Assembly (NCBI GenBank): GCA_964565875.1
Contig: CAZMGP010000001.1
Location: 123,747-187,746, forward strand
DNA length: 64,000 bases
Direction of reading: 5' to 3'
Source of the DNA: an uncultured Enterobacteriaceae bacterium
GTDB taxonomy: Bacteria > Pseudomonadota > Gammaproteobacteria > Burkholderiales > SG8-39
In this document: piece after piece, positions 62,777-64,000 of the stretch
How the letters are laid out: the number at the start of each line of letters is the position of its first letter
Position numbering within the stretch: the first letter of the stretch is position 1
Program-made: the position numbers and the translations under genes
The notes under the pieces: model-generated
What the model saw: only the letters and a program-made list of their open reading frames with translations
What the model was told of the DNA's origin: nothing
Databases searched by the model: none

Positions 62777-64000
62777 TTACTGCGCTGGAAATGTGATTAC
62801 GAAGCGGGTAGAGCCGGCATCGGAACTGACTGAAAGCTTTCCGCCGTGCGCATCGACGATCGACTTGGCGATCGCGAGCCCGAGGCCCGTGCCATCGCCG
62901 TTGCGCTGGCGCGAGGCATCGGCGCGGTAGAATCGGTCGAATAGCCGCGGCAGGTGCTCCGCGGGAATCGGCTCACCCGTGTTCTCGACGGCAAGACGCA
63001 CGAGCGCCGGATCGGCGGACGCGATCGACACCACGATCTTGCCTCCCGCCGGCGTGTGCCGCATGGCATTGGACATCAGGTTGCTCACCGCGCGGCGCAA
63101 CATGAGCCTGTCCCCCGAGATCCGACCTTCTCCCTCGCGTGAAAGGGTGATAGCTTTTTCATCCGCCAACGCGCGGTAGAAGTCGATGAGATCGTCGATG
63201 TCCCCGGCAAGCTGGATCTCCTCGCGCCGCGGAATGATCAATCCGTTGTCCGCCTTGGCGATAAAGAGCATGTCGGAAATCATGCGCGTCAACCGCTCGT
63301 ATTCTTCGAGGTTCGAATAGAGCACTTCCCGGTAATCGTCGGCCGTGCGCACTTTGGAGAGCGCCACCTGCGTCTGCGTGGTCAGGTTGCTCACCGGGGT
63401 GCGCAATTCATGGGCGAGGTCGGAGGAGAAATCCGACAGCCGCCCGAAGGAATCGTCAAGGCGCGCGAGCATGTCGTTGAACGCCTGCGCCATATCCGCG
63501 AGTTCCGTCGGTACCTGGTCGAGCGGCAAGCGGTCCCGTAGCTGCTCCGCGGATATGCCTTTGGCGATGCGGGCGATGGCGTGCACCGGCGCAAGGCCGC
63601 GGCGGGCGGCGAACCAGCCGAGCACGCTGGTGAGCAGGATCGCCGCGACCAACGAGGTCCAAAACGTCTCGTAGAATGCTGCCATGAATTCCATGTGCCG
63701 CTCCATGTCCAGTGCCACGGCCACGGTGAACGGCGGCCGAGCCGCGATGCCCGTACGGATCTGCGCCGCAATTCCACGATAGTGGCTATCGCCGCCGCCC
63801 CATTCGATCGGACCCGACGGGCCATCTTCGGTGCTTGACCTGAGAAGTTCCGGCGGGAATTCTGCACCGGTAGTCGCAAATAGCGGTTTTCCGTCTGCGC
63901 CGACGACCGTTACCCACAGTCCGGAGTGGCCGACCAGCGCGTTGCCGAGGCGCCTAGGCACTTCATGCAGGTCGCTTTCATCGCGCGCCTCCGACAGCAG
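62777..64000 (-). CDS. heavy-metal sensor histidine kinase (CusS/CopS type), 5' end outside window
   Basis: The H-box is FSSDLAHELRTPVSNL, the N-box is NLMSNAMRHTP, and the G-boxes are GTGLGLAIAKSIV. The frame is open to nt 64000. Confidence 0.88.
   Translation of the reverse strand: MLSEARDESDLHEVPRRLGNALVGHSGLWVTVVGADGKPLFATTGAEFPPELLRSSTEDGPSGPIEWGGGDSHYRGIAAQIRTGIAARPPFTVAVALDMERHMEFMAAFYETFWTSLVAAILLTSVLGWFAARRGLAPVHAIARIAKGISAEQLRDRLPLDQVPTELADMAQAFNDMLARLDDSFGRLSDFSSDLAHELRTPVSNLTTQTQVALSKVRTADDYREVLYSNLEEYERLTRMISDMLFIAKADNGLIIPRREEIQLAGDIDDLIDFYRALADEKAITLSREGEGRISGDRLMLRRAVSNLMSNAMRHTPAGGKIVVSIASADPALVRLAVENTGEPIPAEHLPRLFDRFYRADASRQRNGDGTGLGLAIAKSIVDAHGGKLSVSSDAGSTRFVITFPAQ

Noticed and set aside
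48600-64000. Calling the copper island a mobile element.
   Set aside because: I could recognise no integrase, transposase, tRNA target or flanking direct repeats in the window. Only composition by eye and the orphan nuclease-like gene hint at acquisition.

Overview
The window is GC-rich and gene-dense, with about 60 protein genes and no rRNA, tRNA, CRISPR, transposase or integrase that I could recognise. The pdh operon layout (aceE-aceF-small ORF-lpdA, with a lipoyl domain on LpdA) and a Bug/TctC binding protein suggest a betaproteobacterium; this is an inference. The window falls into three blocks. (1) Positions 1-11000 hold an accessory respiratory and signalling island. It has two membrane electron-transfer modules with no recognisable catalytic subunit: a 5-haem cytochrome c + Tat FeS protein + NrfD-type subunit + an unlisted 42-aa TM peptide, and a 9-haem cytochrome c + b-type cytochrome. 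These are interleaved with a sigma-54 activator, a haem-motif histidine kinase with a Cys-rich insertion in its ATPase domain, three receiver proteins that lack DNA-binding outputs, and a near-consensus sigma-54 promoter. This is my best candidate for an undescribed system. (2) Positions 11000-48400 are mostly housekeeping: prlC, a FixL/FixJ-like pair, the pdh operon with an embedded HslV-like Ntn-hydrolase gene, rpiA, phoU, yggX, pirin, a hemerythrin/DUF2249 operon, a UvrD-like helicase, feoAB, NAD salvage genes, archease-rtcB, argA and Bug. (3) Positions 48600-64000 are a copper resistance island: cusFCBA, DsbB/DsbA-like genes, a cupredoxin, copG, copA, an orphan nuclease-like gene and a partial heavy-metal sensor kinase. 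Non-coding signals include a ~100-nt structured repeat present twice, several TTGA-N6-TCAA (FNR-type) boxes, a repeated iron-box-like motif at feoA, and an orphan terminator upstream of aceE. All calls come from reading motifs in the supplied translations and the DNA; no database search was run. Start codons were chosen from ATG plus Shine-Dalgarno context, because the ORF track also uses alternative start codons.
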